Assembly: GCA_014879535.1 (NCBI GenBank)
Contig: JACSRX010000089.1
Location: 9,905 to 73,904, forward strand
Origin: Chthoniobacterales bacterium
GTDB taxonomy: Bacteria > Verrucomicrobiota > Verrucomicrobiia > Chthoniobacterales > JACTMZ01
Reading direction: 5' to 3'
DNA length: 64,000 nt
In this document: positions 55,890-64,000 of the stretch, piece after piece
Layout: each line of letters opens with the position of its first letter
Position numbering within the stretch: the first letter of the stretch is position 1
The notes under the pieces: generated by a model
Database searches by the model: none
Told to the model about the DNA's origin: nothing
The model's input: the letters and a program-made list of their open reading frames with translations, nothing else
Program-made: the position numbers and the translations under genes

Positions 55890-57124
55890 AGATGCCGCGC
55901 CAGCTTGGCGTGGTCCTCCTCGTTGATGAAACGCTCGAGTTCGAGAAAGCGCGGGTCGTCCTTCGCCTTGAGCGTGGCCCACGGCGTCTGCTCCACCGGG
56001 CGCAACCGGAGGATCCGGCTTTGGCCGAGGCTGAACTGGTGCATGGATTGGCGTTTGCCTGCGATGTGCGCGGCATGGAGCACCACGAGATGTGTCCCGT
56101 GGAATTCCCCCTTCAGCACCTGCTGCACGCGGTAAACGAACGCCACCAGCGAATCGTGGTAGGGCGCGATCTCCTCGTGGCGGAACGGCGCATTGATCCG
56201 CTCGAGCGAACATTGCACAAGCAACGTCCTTTCCTCGGCGGAGGTTTCCGGCACATCCCCCGAGGCGATCACCGGCGCATCGGCCGCCGTCGGTGGCGAG
56301 ACCTGCATGTCCTCCTCGATGAGGGCGAACACATTGTCCGCCCAGATCCGCATGTCCGGATCGAGGAAATGCTGCTTGTCCGGCTGCAGCTTGCTGTAGG
56401 GGTAGGTCAGCAGCTCGCGGCTGTCGATGACCCGCATGGCCGGGCCGCCGCACATCCGCAACCGCTCGACCAGGAGGTCCTGCGCCTGCTGAGGGATCGC
56501 GCCGCTCACCGGCGGCGCCACCCAATAGACGCGCCGCACCGGCGAAGCCGCCACCTTGGAGAGAAAAGGCACGATGAAAGGCTCCAACACGGCGCCATTG
56601 CCCGACTTCTCGCGCCCCTTGAGCAGATCGAAGAGGTTGTTGCCCAGTTGCACGACAAGGATCTCCGGCTGCACCTCCGGCAGCAGATTCTCGATCTTGG
56701 GCACCTCGTAGTGATCCGGCCGGTGCCCGCGCTTCACCCCCGGCATGCCATAGGTGTCGCGGAACGTGACCGGCGCCCCGCCGTGTGCCGGCGTCTCGAT
56801 GGACCAGTAACCGCAGCGCGACTGCGCCTTGGCATAGGCCGGCTGGGTCGTCCACGACAGCGGATGCGTGCCGCAGGCCATGTAGGTGTTCACACAACTC
56901 ACGCCGCATTTGCGGAACCTCTCGTCTAGGCGGCTGCCGAAGCCGCACAGCGCCATGGAATCGCCAAGGATCAGGACCGAAGAAAGCGGGCGCGATCGCG
57001 GGGCGGCGAAAGCGTGGCTGGAAAATGCCGGCGCCACGGCGATGGCCCCGAGCAGCTTGAGGAAACGCCGACGGGGCCAAAGCGCGGCATCGCTATTCTG
57101 CGTCTTCAACAATTGGCGATGCAT
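55886..57124 (-). CDS. Tat-signal SGNH-like hydrolase with an extra C-terminal domain
   Basis: 412-aa ORF with twin-arginine leader WPRRRFLKLLGAIAVAPAFS, plus VLILGDSMALCGFG and LVVQLGNN blocks. Confidence 0.7.
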   Translation of the reverse strand: MHRQLLKTQNSDAALWPRRRFLKLLGAIAVAPAFSSHAFAAPRSRPLSSVLILGDSMALCGFGSRLDERFRKCGVSCVNTYMACGTHPLSWTTQPAYAKAQSRCGYWSIETPAHGGAPVTFRDTYGMPGVKRGHRPDHYEVPKIENLLPEVQPEILVVQLGNNLFDLLKGREKSGNGAVLEPFIVPFLSKVAASPVRRVYWVAPPVSGAIPQQAQDLLVERLRMCGGPAMRVIDSRELLTYPYSKLQPDKQHFLDPDMRIWADNVFALIEEDMQVSPPTAADAPVIASGDVPETSAEERTLLVQCSLERINAPFRHEEIAPYHDSLVAFVYRVQQVLKGEFHGTHLVVLHAAHIAGKRQSMHQFSLGQSRILRLRPVEQTPWATLKAKDDPRFLELERFINEEDHAKLARHL

Positions 57125-57204
57125 TAGTCACATCGCGCCCCGCTTTTCCAGCGCAAAAATCAAAGATTTTACTTTTGGCGATCCATGCGGCAGAAGCTTC
57201 CGGC

Positions 57205-57735
57205 ATGCGAAGCGGCAACATCTTGCGGGAAATTCCGGCAGCGATCCGGACGATCCTCGTCACCGCCGCGGTCGTTGCCGTGTCACCCGCGGCATCCGCG
57301 CAGCAGGAACCCACCAACATCGTCATCACGCCGGAGAATCCTGTCGTGCTCACCACGACGACACCGCTGGGTGAGGCCAGGATCACGCTGCCCGCCGGCG
57401 TGCCGCTTGAAAATTACCGCCTCGAGGGGGATTGGGTCGTCGTCTCCTCCGGCCCCTTCAACGCCCGCGTGCCGCTCACGGAACTCGTTCCCCCCACCCC
57501 GGTGCCGACGCCCACGCCGCCGGAAGAAATCGTGGTGGAACCGGAGCCGACGCCCGAACCCACGCCAACCCCCGTGCTCGAGGCAAACCTCCAAGCCCTG
57601 CGCAACGGCGAAACCACCGCGCTCATCATCGCAAGCTCCTGCGCCTTCCTCGTCCTCTACGCGCTGCTGATGACCATCCTCTGGCTAAACCTGCGCCGAA
57701 CAGCCGGCCGGCGGAATCGGACATCATCATCCTGA
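57205..57735 (+). CDS. Hypothetical protein: signal peptide, beta-rich domain, Pro/Thr/Glu linker and C-terminal TM anchor
   Basis: Met11 of ORF 57175..57735. Has a PTPVPTPTPPEE..PEPTPEPTPTP linker and the TM helix ALIIASSCAFLVLYALLMTILWL. Confidence 0.55.
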   Translation: MRSGNILREIPAAIRTILVTAAVVAVSPAASAQQEPTNIVITPENPVVLTTTTPLGEARITLPAGVPLENYRLEGDWVVVSSGPFNARVPLTELVPPTPVPTPTPPEEIVVEPEPTPEPTPTPVLEANLQALRNGETTALIIASSCAFLVLYALLMTILWLNLRRTAGRRNRTSSS

Positions 57736-57825
57736 GCCGGCGAGACGGACTTCCAGCCATCTCCCTCCAGCCATTGCGCCTCTGGCATTGAGCCCCTCCA
57801 ACCGGCTGTTCAAATTTGGCTCACC

Positions 57826-58263
57826 ATGATGAAACCAAAATGGATGGTCGGTCTTGTCGTCGCGCTGATTCTCGCTGGAATTTCATTTGCCGCCTATCGG
57901 ACGAAGATCCACGAAGTCTTCTTCCTGATTTCCTACATGAGCAGTCAGATGAAAAATGGCGCGGCCTACATCAACTCGCTGAGCGAGGAGGATCTCCAGC
58001 AGTGGACAATCCGGACCCAGAGTTTGATTGAGGAGTTTTCGCCAGCACAGGCAACGATCGAGTTGGTGAGCGGGGAGATACCTCCCGATTTGGCTCAGTT
58101 GGGCATAATTCGTGTGGACATCGCACCAAGGTCGGTTCGCTACGTGTGGCTTGGAGGGATGGATCACACGAATCTTCTCGTCACCAAGAACGACGCAGGC
58201 CATTTCGAGATACATGCAAACTTCAATGACGAGACCCCGAAGGTTCGTCTTTGGCCACGGTAA
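57826..58263 (+). CDS. Hypothetical N-terminally anchored protein (145 aa)
   Basis: MMKPKWMVGLVVALILAGISFAAY. Lies in a visibly more AT-rich stretch. No family recognised. Confidence 0.5.
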   Translation: MMKPKWMVGLVVALILAGISFAAYRTKIHEVFFLISYMSSQMKNGAAYINSLSEEDLQQWTIRTQSLIEEFSPAQATIELVSGEIPPDLAQLGIIRVDIAPRSVRYVWLGGMDHTNLLVTKNDAGHFEIHANFNDETPKVRLWPR

Positions 58264-58285
58264 GACATCACAACATCATTGACCT

Positions 58286-58663
58286 GTGCAATCTCCCCGC
58301 TGGATCGATCGGCATTTCTGGTCCGTGGTGCCGCCTCTCGCCATCTTGGGATCGATCGCTTGGGCTTATGAGCCGGCAACCGCCTTGAGCACCGGGCTGG
58401 CATTCATCCCCCGAATTTGCGGTGCATTCGCGTGCTATCTCTGGGCGAGTTATCTTCGGAAAGACGGATTGGTTCTCTGGTTTTTTCTCGGACTCATTCC
58501 CGTGCTGCCGGAACTTTACCTCTTGGGATGGCATCGGGCCGTTCTCCGTCAGCAACGACAGACCTCTCCTCCCCCTGCCGATTGCCCGAGATGCGGATTC
58601 TCGCTCGTGCCTTCAACACCGCAGCACTGCCCGAACTGTTCTTGGACATCCCACGATGTCTGA
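58286..58663 (+). CDS. Membrane protein with C-terminal zinc-ribbon (CPRCG..CPNC)
   Basis: 125-aa ORF with a GTG start, three hydrophobic helices, then ADCPRCGFSLVPSTPQHCPNCSW. Confidence 0.45.
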   Translation: MQSPRWIDRHFWSVVPPLAILGSIAWAYEPATALSTGLAFIPRICGAFACYLWASYLRKDGLVLWFFLGLIPVLPELYLLGWHRAVLRQQRQTSPPPADCPRCGFSLVPSTPQHCPNCSWTSHDV

Positions 58664-58724
58664 AAACATGCCTGACTCGGCTTGCATCCCGGCAACCGTC
58701 CGTTCCACAATTCAACATCCGGTG

Positions 58725-59186
58725 ATGAATACGCCCCTGTTGTTGCTGGTTTTTCTGCTCCCGACAATTTCTACAGCGGGACCGCACCCGCCGCAATCTG
58801 CGACGGACGTTTCCCAACCGATCCCAGACCAGATACAGATCCCCGACGCTCCAGCCACCGCACGTGTTTTGGAGCCATTTCAGCGGATTCAACCGGAGAT
58901 GAGCATGGTCGATGTTGCAAGGCTCTGCGGCATTCCGGATGAGCATCATGGAAGCGGCATTTTCATATTCATCTACCGTCTCCAAGATGGTTCCACCGTG
59001 GCAATCGGCACAGGGGATTTGGAGCACCTGCTGTATGCGAATCACATCGCCGTCTGGGGCAAAGTAACAGCGCTGATACCATCGCAATCCTCCCGGCCAT
59101 GGCAACATCGCTGCTTTCAGATTGGCCGACCCGTCTGGCGCAGCCCAATCACATCCCGGCGGCTGTCCGTGCCGCAGATTCCTTGA
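58725..59186 (+). CDS. Secreted hypothetical protein
   Basis: ATG 58725 (MNTPLLLLVFLLPTISTAG) inside ORF 58422..59186. Alternative ATG 58656 overlaps the previous stop. The 3-prime end overlaps the convergent gene by about 38 nt. Confidence 0.4.
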   Translation: MNTPLLLLVFLLPTISTAGPHPPQSATDVSQPIPDQIQIPDAPATARVLEPFQRIQPEMSMVDVARLCGIPDEHHGSGIFIFIYRLQDGSTVAIGTGDLEHLLYANHIAVWGKVTALIPSQSSRPWQHRCFQIGRPVWRSPITSRRLSVPQIP

Positions 59187-59712
59187 GGGACTTTTCGTAG
59201 TCCGTCTGCAACTCGTTGCTGAAAAGCAGCGCGCGTCCCTCGCCTGTTGCGGGATTCACCTGGAGCTGCGCGCTCACGAGTTGTCCCGGCCAAACCAGGG
59301 ATGTGTCGCCATTCGCATGCGGCGGGGCGGCATAGCCCAGATCGAGGGCCTGGCGCAGGATGTCGGTCTGGCGCGTGTCGGGTGTGGAGAAGGACACCGC
59401 GTAGAAGCGCCCATGAAGGAAGTAATACACGACCTCGCGCGCCACGATGCCGCCGAGCACATGCGACTCCTCTTCGCGGAGATACAACCGCACCGGATCA
59501 TCCGGCACGGAAGCCCCCTCGATCTCCTCGAGTTGCCATTTCTGCTGCGCCTCCTCGAGCGTCGCGCCGAACGGCACCCCGGCGAAGGTGTTGCTCCGGT
59601 CGGGAAATGAGCCGCCGTCCGCGGATTGGGCCATCAATGGAACGGGATTCGCCCACGCGATCAACGCCGCCAAGGCGACGGTGCGGGCCGGTTTTTTGAA
59701 CAAGGGCAGCAT
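59149..59712 (-). CDS. Secreted hypothetical protein (187 aa)
   Basis: ATG 59712 (MLPLFKKPARTVALAALIAWANPVPLMAQ) inside ORF 59149..59898. Confidence 0.55.
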   Translation of the reverse strand: MLPLFKKPARTVALAALIAWANPVPLMAQSADGGSFPDRSNTFAGVPFGATLEEAQQKWQLEEIEGASVPDDPVRLYLREEESHVLGGIVAREVVYYFLHGRFYAVSFSTPDTRQTDILRQALDLGYAAPPHANGDTSLVWPGQLVSAQLQVNPATGEGRALLFSNELQTDYEKSLKESAARTAAGM

Positions 59713-59723
59713 ACCGTCAACGC

Positions 59724-59963
59724 CTACGCCAGCGAGGCATGGGAACCGTCGCAGAACGGCGGATTCGCCGTTTGCTTGCAGAGGCACCATGCCACCTTGC
59801 GCTTCGTGTCGATCTCGACTTTCACCGGCGCGAAACCGCACCCCTTGTGCGAGCCGTCGCAGAATGGCTGCTTGCCTGAACGGCCGCACGAGCACCACCA
59901 GTAGGTGCCCGGCTCCATTTCCTCGACTTTCGGGGACCTCCCGCAGACGTGAGGCTCGCTCAT
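59724..59963 (-). CDS. CDGSH-type iron-sulfur domain protein (two CDGSH motifs)
   Basis: From Met14 of ORF 59724..60002. Motifs WCSCGRSGKQPFCDGSH and WCLCKQTANPPFCDGSH. Confidence 0.85.
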   Translation of the reverse strand: MSEPHVCGRSPKVEEMEPGTYWWCSCGRSGKQPFCDGSHKGCGFAPVKVEIDTKRKVAWCLCKQTANPPFCDGSHASLA

Positions 59964-59973
59964 GGAACCCGTT

Positions 59974-60429
59974 CTACCGGCCGCCGGAAGTGCGGTCAAC
60001 AACCGGCCGCGACAACTCGATCACCCACCCGTCGCCTTCCCGGCGATGGCTCACCCGGTCGAAAACCTGGCCGATGACATGGAGGCCGAGCCCGCCCACG
60101 CGTTCACCGCACGAGGGAGGCTTGCGGAACTTCTCGTATTCCGCGTCGGTCAGACCCTCCCCGCAATGCACGATGCGGAACCACAGACGGCCGTCCCCGA
60201 GGCGCGCTTGCAGGGAGACCGGACAGGCCCCATCCGGCTTCCGGTAGGCATGGCGGCTCAGGTTGCTGAGAACCTCGTCGCACCCGAGCACCACGAGGCC
60301 CGTCTCCCCGTCATCCAGTCCCGCGTGCCGCGCCCATGCCTCGACAAATTCCCGTCCGCTGCAGAAGGACTGCGGAAGGCACTCGAAATCGATCCGCGAC
60401 GGCGGGGAATCCGGAGCCGGCGTGCTCAC
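59974..60429 (-). CDS. RsbW/SpoIIAB-like anti-sigma-factor serine kinase (HATPase_c_2)
   Basis: 151 aa with N-box DEVLSNLSRHAY and G-box GGLGLHVIGQVFD. Its start overlaps the mlaD stop by 4 nt. Confidence 0.8.
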   Translation of the reverse strand: MSTPAPDSPPSRIDFECLPQSFCSGREFVEAWARHAGLDDGETGLVVLGCDEVLSNLSRHAYRKPDGACPVSLQARLGDGRLWFRIVHCGEGLTDAEYEKFRKPPSCGERVGGLGLHVIGQVFDRVSHRREGDGWVIELSRPVVDRTSGGR

Positions 60430-61580
60430 GGTGCGGGCGTCGCAGCGGGGGCTTCGGTCCGTCTCCCGGAGCGGCGCGGTTCTTCCGTGGCGGCGGACGG
60501 AAATGGCGTCCGCGTGCGGCGCAAATGATCGATGATCTCCTCCTTCGTGGGCAGGTCATTCTGGCGTCCGCCGAAAATGAGGCGGTTCGGCCGACCGGCC
60601 AGTGTGCCCGTGAAGATGCCTCCCCACACGGTGAGGACGTTCAGCTCCTCGACCAGGGTCGTTGTCTTGGAAAGCACGTCATCCAGGCGCCGCCCCAACC
60701 CCGGACCGTCCCCGCCCTTGAGCAGCGTCTGCAATTCCGCCGTGATGTCGTCCATGCGCTGGCGCAACCCCGGCGAGCCCGGACTGCCCGCGAGCATGAG
60801 GTTCAGTTCGCGGGAAACATTTTCCACATTCTTGAGCGTCACGTCGGTTCGTGCCGAGATCCCCTCGTTTTCGCGCCCCTCGGGACCGAGAACGAGATTC
60901 TGCAACCCGGTGGCGGCACGGTCGATTTTCCCGACGGCATCGGTCAACTGCGCCCCCGCACCCGGCTGTCCGTCCCCGCCGTCCATGATCCGGTTCAACT
61001 CCGCGGTGAACTGCTCGAGATTTTCAAGGGTGGCCGCGATCTTGCGTCCGGCATCGTCCTTGACCAACGGGGTGGTCACCGAGCGGAGGGAGGCGACGAT
61101 CTCCCGCAGGTCGGCAATCAAGGCGTCACCGCCCGGGATCAATTGGTCGAGCATGCCCGCCCCCTGCGTTGCCGTCAGTTGCGCCCCCTCGGCCAGAACC
61201 TCGCCCCCGCTGTCCAGCGGCAGCAACGCCAGGTGCTTCTCCCCCAGCAGGGAGGGCGCCCCGATCGTGGCGCGCAGGTTCGCGGCCAGCGGCATCTCGC
61301 GTGTCACCGCCACATGCGCACGCACCGACAAGTCAGGGCGCTGCCGGTCACCGTATTCGAGGTGCTCAATGCTCTCCACGCGACCGATCCGGTCGCCGGC
61401 GTAGAAAACATCGGAATTCCTGCCGATTCCCGTGATGTCGGCGAAATCCACCGTGAAGCGCAACGTGGGCCGTGACAACAGGCCGCTGCCACCCCCGACC
61501 AGCGTCACGAGGGCCCCCAGCAACGCCAGCGAGCACACCACCACGACGGCCGCCACCACGATGTCGCTTCTGTTGTTCAT
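60426..61580 (-). CDS. mlaD: MlaD/MCE family substrate-binding protein with long helical C-terminal extension
   Basis: Started at ATG 61580 (MNNRSDIVVAAVVVVCSLALLGAL). MCE block FTVDFADITGIGRNSDVFYAGDRIGRV. Confidence 0.85.
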   Translation of the reverse strand: MNNRSDIVVAAVVVVCSLALLGALVTLVGGGSGLLSRPTLRFTVDFADITGIGRNSDVFYAGDRIGRVESIEHLEYGDRQRPDLSVRAHVAVTREMPLAANLRATIGAPSLLGEKHLALLPLDSGGEVLAEGAQLTATQGAGMLDQLIPGGDALIADLREIVASLRSVTTPLVKDDAGRKIAATLENLEQFTAELNRIMDGGDGQPGAGAQLTDAVGKIDRAATGLQNLVLGPEGRENEGISARTDVTLKNVENVSRELNLMLAGSPGSPGLRQRMDDITAELQTLLKGGDGPGLGRRLDDVLSKTTTLVEELNVLTVWGGIFTGTLAGRPNRLIFGGRQNDLPTKEEIIDHLRRTRTPFPSAATEEPRRSGRRTEAPAATPAP

Positions 61581-61635
61581 TGCCGGAATCCGCCGGGGAA
61601 TGATGCCACGACGCAGGCTGCGGGCGAGCACGGAT

Positions 61636-62478
61636 TCATGGGGAGGAACTCAAAAGCGTCTCGCGGTAGAGGTCGCCCGCCGCCGCATCGCCGCCCGGCG
61701 CGATCTCCCCACGGATGAATTGCTGCACGACGGGGTCCGGATTCGCCCGGATCTCCTCCGGGGTCCCCTGCGCCACGATTTTCCCCTGCCGCTCCCCCGT
61801 CCCCAGCATGATGATCTGCGTTCCGATCCGGAACACGCTGGCCATGTCGTGGGTCACCACCACCGCGGTCGCGCCGATCTTGAGCGTCAGCTTCTGCGTC
61901 AGGTCGTCCACCACCGCGGTCATGATCGGGTCCAGCCCCGCCGTCGGCTCGTCGCTGAAGAGCAGGGACGGATCCAACGCGAGCGCCCGCGCCAGCGCGG
62001 CGCGTTTCTTCATGCCGCCGCTGATCTGCGCGGGTTTCTTGTGGCCATGCCCGGTGAGGCCGACCTGCTCCAGCTTCATCTTGACCACGGTGTCCACGAG
62101 GTCGCGCGGCAATCCCGTGTGCTCGACGAGGGGCAACGCCACATTCTCCTCGATCGTGAGCGACTGGAGCAGGGCCCCGGACTGGAAAAGCATCCCGTAG
62201 CGCCGCCGGATGCGCTCGAGGTCCGAGGACCCCATCGTCGTGATCTCCTCACCGAACACCCTGATGCTCCCCTCGGTCGGTTTGCGCGCGCCGATCAGGA
62301 GCTTCAGCAGCGAGCTTTTGCCGCAACCGCTGCCGCCCATGATGATGAACGTGTCGCCCGCATGGACCGTGAAATCCAGTCCGTTGAGGACGGTCTGCGG
62401 GCCGAACTTCTGCACGACGCTCCGGACCTCGATGACGGGCTCGCGCGCCGTCGTGCTGCTGGGAGGAGGCACGCCCAT
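61636..62478 (-). CDS. mlaF: Mla-type ABC transporter ATP-binding protein
   Basis: Started at ATG 62478 inside ORF 61636..63333. Walker A GGSGCGKSS, signature QISGGMKKR, Walker B LLFSDEPTAGLD. Confidence 0.9.
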   Translation of the reverse strand: MGVPPPSSTTAREPVIEVRSVVQKFGPQTVLNGLDFTVHAGDTFIIMGGSGCGKSSLLKLLIGARKPTEGSIRVFGEEITTMGSSDLERIRRRYGMLFQSGALLQSLTIEENVALPLVEHTGLPRDLVDTVVKMKLEQVGLTGHGHKKPAQISGGMKKRAALARALALDPSLLFSDEPTAGLDPIMTAVVDDLTQKLTLKIGATAVVVTHDMASVFRIGTQIIMLGTGERQGKIVAQGTPEEIRANPDPVVQQFIRGEIAPGGDAAAGDLYRETLLSSSP

Positions 62479-62480
62479 GG

Positions 62481-63227
62481 TCAGAAGAAGAAGATCGCAG
62501 TGAGCACGGCATTCGCCGCGAACACCGCGAGCAGGGAAATGACAACCGACCGCGTGGTCGCCCGCCCGACGCCTTCCGCGCCCCCGCTCACCGTGAGCCC
62601 GGTGTGGCAGGCGATCGTCACGACGAGCACGCCGAACACCGTGCTCTTGAGGAGTCCGATGGCCACGTCGCGCAGCTCCACGTAATCCAGCGCGCGAGAG
62701 ATGAAGAAGGCCGCCGACATGTCGAGCGCCGACCACGCGATGAGCCAGCCTCCGAACATGCCGATGTAGATCGAAAAAACCGTGAGCAGGGGCATCATCA
62801 CCGTCATCGCCCAGAACTTCGGCACCACCAGGTAGGACATCGGCGGGATCGCCATGACTTCGAGGGCCTCGATCTCCTCGGACACCTTCATCGTGCCGAG
62901 CTCGGCGGTGACGGCGGAGCCGCTGCGGCCGATCACGATGATCGCGGTGATGAGCGGCGCCAGTTCCTTGATCAGGCTCGAGGCCACCAGGGACGGCACG
63001 AGCGACTCCGCCCCCATCTTGCGCAATTCCGCCGCCACCTGCATGGCCAGCACCGCGCCGATGGTCAGGGACGTGAGGGCGTTCATCGGCACCGCCTGCA
63101 CGCCGATGCGCACGGTCTGGGCGAACACCTGCGCCATGCGGTAGGGCTTCCCTTGGAAGGGTGCCACCAACAACCAGTAAAGCAGGCTCCCGCAAAGGCC
63201 GAAATAGCCGCGCCAACCGTCCTTCAT
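62481..63227 (-). CDS. mlaE: Mla-type ABC transporter permease
   Basis: Started at ATG 63227 inside ORF 62481..63713. Block LITAIIVIGRSGSAVTAELGTMKVSEEIEALEVM. Confidence 0.9.
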   Translation of the reverse strand: MKDGWRGYFGLCGSLLYWLLVAPFQGKPYRMAQVFAQTVRIGVQAVPMNALTSLTIGAVLAMQVAAELRKMGAESLVPSLVASSLIKELAPLITAIIVIGRSGSAVTAELGTMKVSEEIEALEVMAIPPMSYLVVPKFWAMTVMMPLLTVFSIYIGMFGGWLIAWSALDMSAAFFISRALDYVELRDVAIGLLKSTVFGVLVVTIACHTGLTVSGGAEGVGRATTRSVVISLLAVFAANAVLTAIFFF

Positions 63228-63235
63228 GGCCAAGC

Positions 63236-63574
63236 TCAGCCGCGCAGGGCGGCCGCGGCTTCCTCCACGCTCGGGCGGTGCGTGATGAACTCGCCGAGCC
63301 GCACGATGTTGAACGAAGCCTCCGCGCGGCCATGCAGGCCGGCCAAGGCGACGCCCCCGCCCGACTTCTGTGTGTGCTTGAAATACTCCACGATCACCGC
63401 CCACGCCGGCGTGCTGACGAAGTTCACCTTCGAAAAATCCACCACCAGCGCCCGGGTGCCGCCCTTCATGTGCCCGCGCAGGACCTGACGGAACTCCTGG
63501 ACGATCATCATGTCCGCATCGCCGTCGAGTTCGACCACCACCGTGTCGCCAAGGTTGCGCTGATTGAGTTTCAT
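63236..63574 (-). CDS. STAS domain protein (SpoIIAA/MlaB-like anti-sigma-factor antagonist fold)
   Basis: Started at ATG 63574 inside ORF 63236..63913. Product MKLNQRNLGDTVVVELDGDADMMIVQEFRQVL..ALVVDFSKVNFVSTPAWAVIVEY. Confidence 0.85.
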   Translation of the reverse strand: MKLNQRNLGDTVVVELDGDADMMIVQEFRQVLRGHMKGGTRALVVDFSKVNFVSTPAWAVIVEYFKHTQKSGGGVALAGLHGRAEASFNIVRLGEFITHRPSVEEAAAALRG

Positions 63575-63671
63575 CGGGTTCTGTTCGCGTGGGACCACCG
63601 GACGGGTAGCCGCATCCGCACGGACCGACAAGCGCAATCGGGACGGAGGCGCCACGTCCGGCGAGGGGGAA

Positions 63672-63744
63672 AGCGGGTGAAGGGACTCGAACCCTCGACA
63701 TCTTCGTTGGCAACGAAGTGCTCTACCAACTGAGCTACACCCGC
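63672..63744 (-). tRNA. tRNA-Gly (anticodon GCC)
   Basis: The reverse strand is GCGGGTGTAGCTCAGTTGGTAGAGCACTTCGTTGCCAACGAAGATGTCGAGGGTTCGAGTCCCTTCACCCGCT. It folds as a cloverleaf with a 7-bp acceptor stem, GCTC/GAGC D-stem, CTTCG/CGAAG anticodon stem, loop TTGCCAA and T-loop TTCGAGT. No encoded CCA. Confidence 0.9.
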
Positions 63745-63848
63745 GGAAACGGACAGGAATACTGCCCGCAAGGCACGGTAATGTCAATGTTCTTGCTCCT
63801 GTCGGGCCGTTTGCGAGATTCCCCTCCATGCCCCAAACAGCACCTCCC

Positions 63849-64000
63849 ATGTCCCCGGGCCGGACACCGTATCGCCGGTTCCTTCTCACCCTGCTTCCGG
63901 CCCTCCTCCTCACCGCCTGCGGTCAGGCGGCCGGCCCCTCGAAATCCGAACCCGCAACCGTCGAGGAGGCGGCCGCCGTGATCGATCTCAACAAGACGGA
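63849..64000 (+). CDS. Lipoprotein, N-terminal fragment (runs off the right edge)
   Basis: My translation is MSPGRTPYRRFLLTLLPALLLTACGQAAGPSKSEPATVEEAAAVIDLNKT, with lipobox LLTAC. Open to the window end. Confidence 0.4.
   Translation, partial: MSPGRTPYRRFLLTLLPALLLTACGQAAGPSKSEPATVEEAAAVIDLNKT

Noticed and set aside
57480-57590. Repetitive PTPVPTPTPPEE/PEPTPEPTPTP-encoding DNA
   Set aside because: It is a low-complexity Pro/Thr/Glu linker inside a coding frame, not a structured tandem repeat, CRISPR array or mobile element.
1-64000. CRISPR arrays, rRNA genes, integrases, transposases and prophage structural genes
   Set aside because: No regularly spaced direct repeats were seen, and none of these genes were recognised in any frame while reading the window. 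The only RNA gene found is tRNA-Gly(GCC).

Overview
This is a densely coding, high-GC bacterial chromosomal segment with many 4-nt start/stop overlaps. The gene content (fused ccoNO cbb3 oxidase, DUF2339/DUF3857-type envelope proteins, a four-helix-bundle IVS-type protein, weak Shine-Dalgarno signals) suggests a Verrucomicrobiota/PVC-like organism, but that is inference only. Most of the window is housekeeping. It holds an NCS1 transporter/aminotransferase/XdhC group, class I aldolase plus gnd, a DEAD-box helicase, an ABC-F ATPase and a sppA-CPBP-thiL operon that continues into a 1342-aa membrane protein. It also holds cinA-nadD-rsfS, a SahR-like regulator diverging from metK-ahcY, and a complete cbb3 oxidase/assembly cluster (ccoS-ccoNO-ccoQ-ccoP-ccoG-...-ccoI). 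Further along are tatD-fabH-plsX-rpmF-yceD-coaD-guaA, two SGNH hydrolases, and an Mla-type ABC system flanked by a STAS protein and an RsbW-like kinase, followed by tRNA-Gly(GCC). The clearly accessory part is about 26.5-31.1 kb. First, a 1-kb two-gene nucleotidyltransferase cassette is bracketed by a duplicated ahcY 3-prime end and a duplicated terminator hairpin. Second, a 2.5-kb cassette encoding a secreted caspase-TPR protease and an NlpC/P60 lipoprotein is boxed by perfect 28-bp inverted repeats, with no transposase inside. Third, a vapBC pair sits next to it. Other points worth follow-up: an inverted-repeat-bounded four-helix-bundle (IVS-like) gene inserted between metK and ahcY; a 45-aa secreted Cys-rich peptide missing from the ORF track; a degenerate CcoN-like membrane protein coupled to ccoI; a frameshifted methyltransferase; and a REP/BIME-like doublet. 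I saw no CRISPR array, rRNA, transposase or integrase. Many long ORFs in the supplied track are antisense or out-of-frame high-GC artefacts and were not called.
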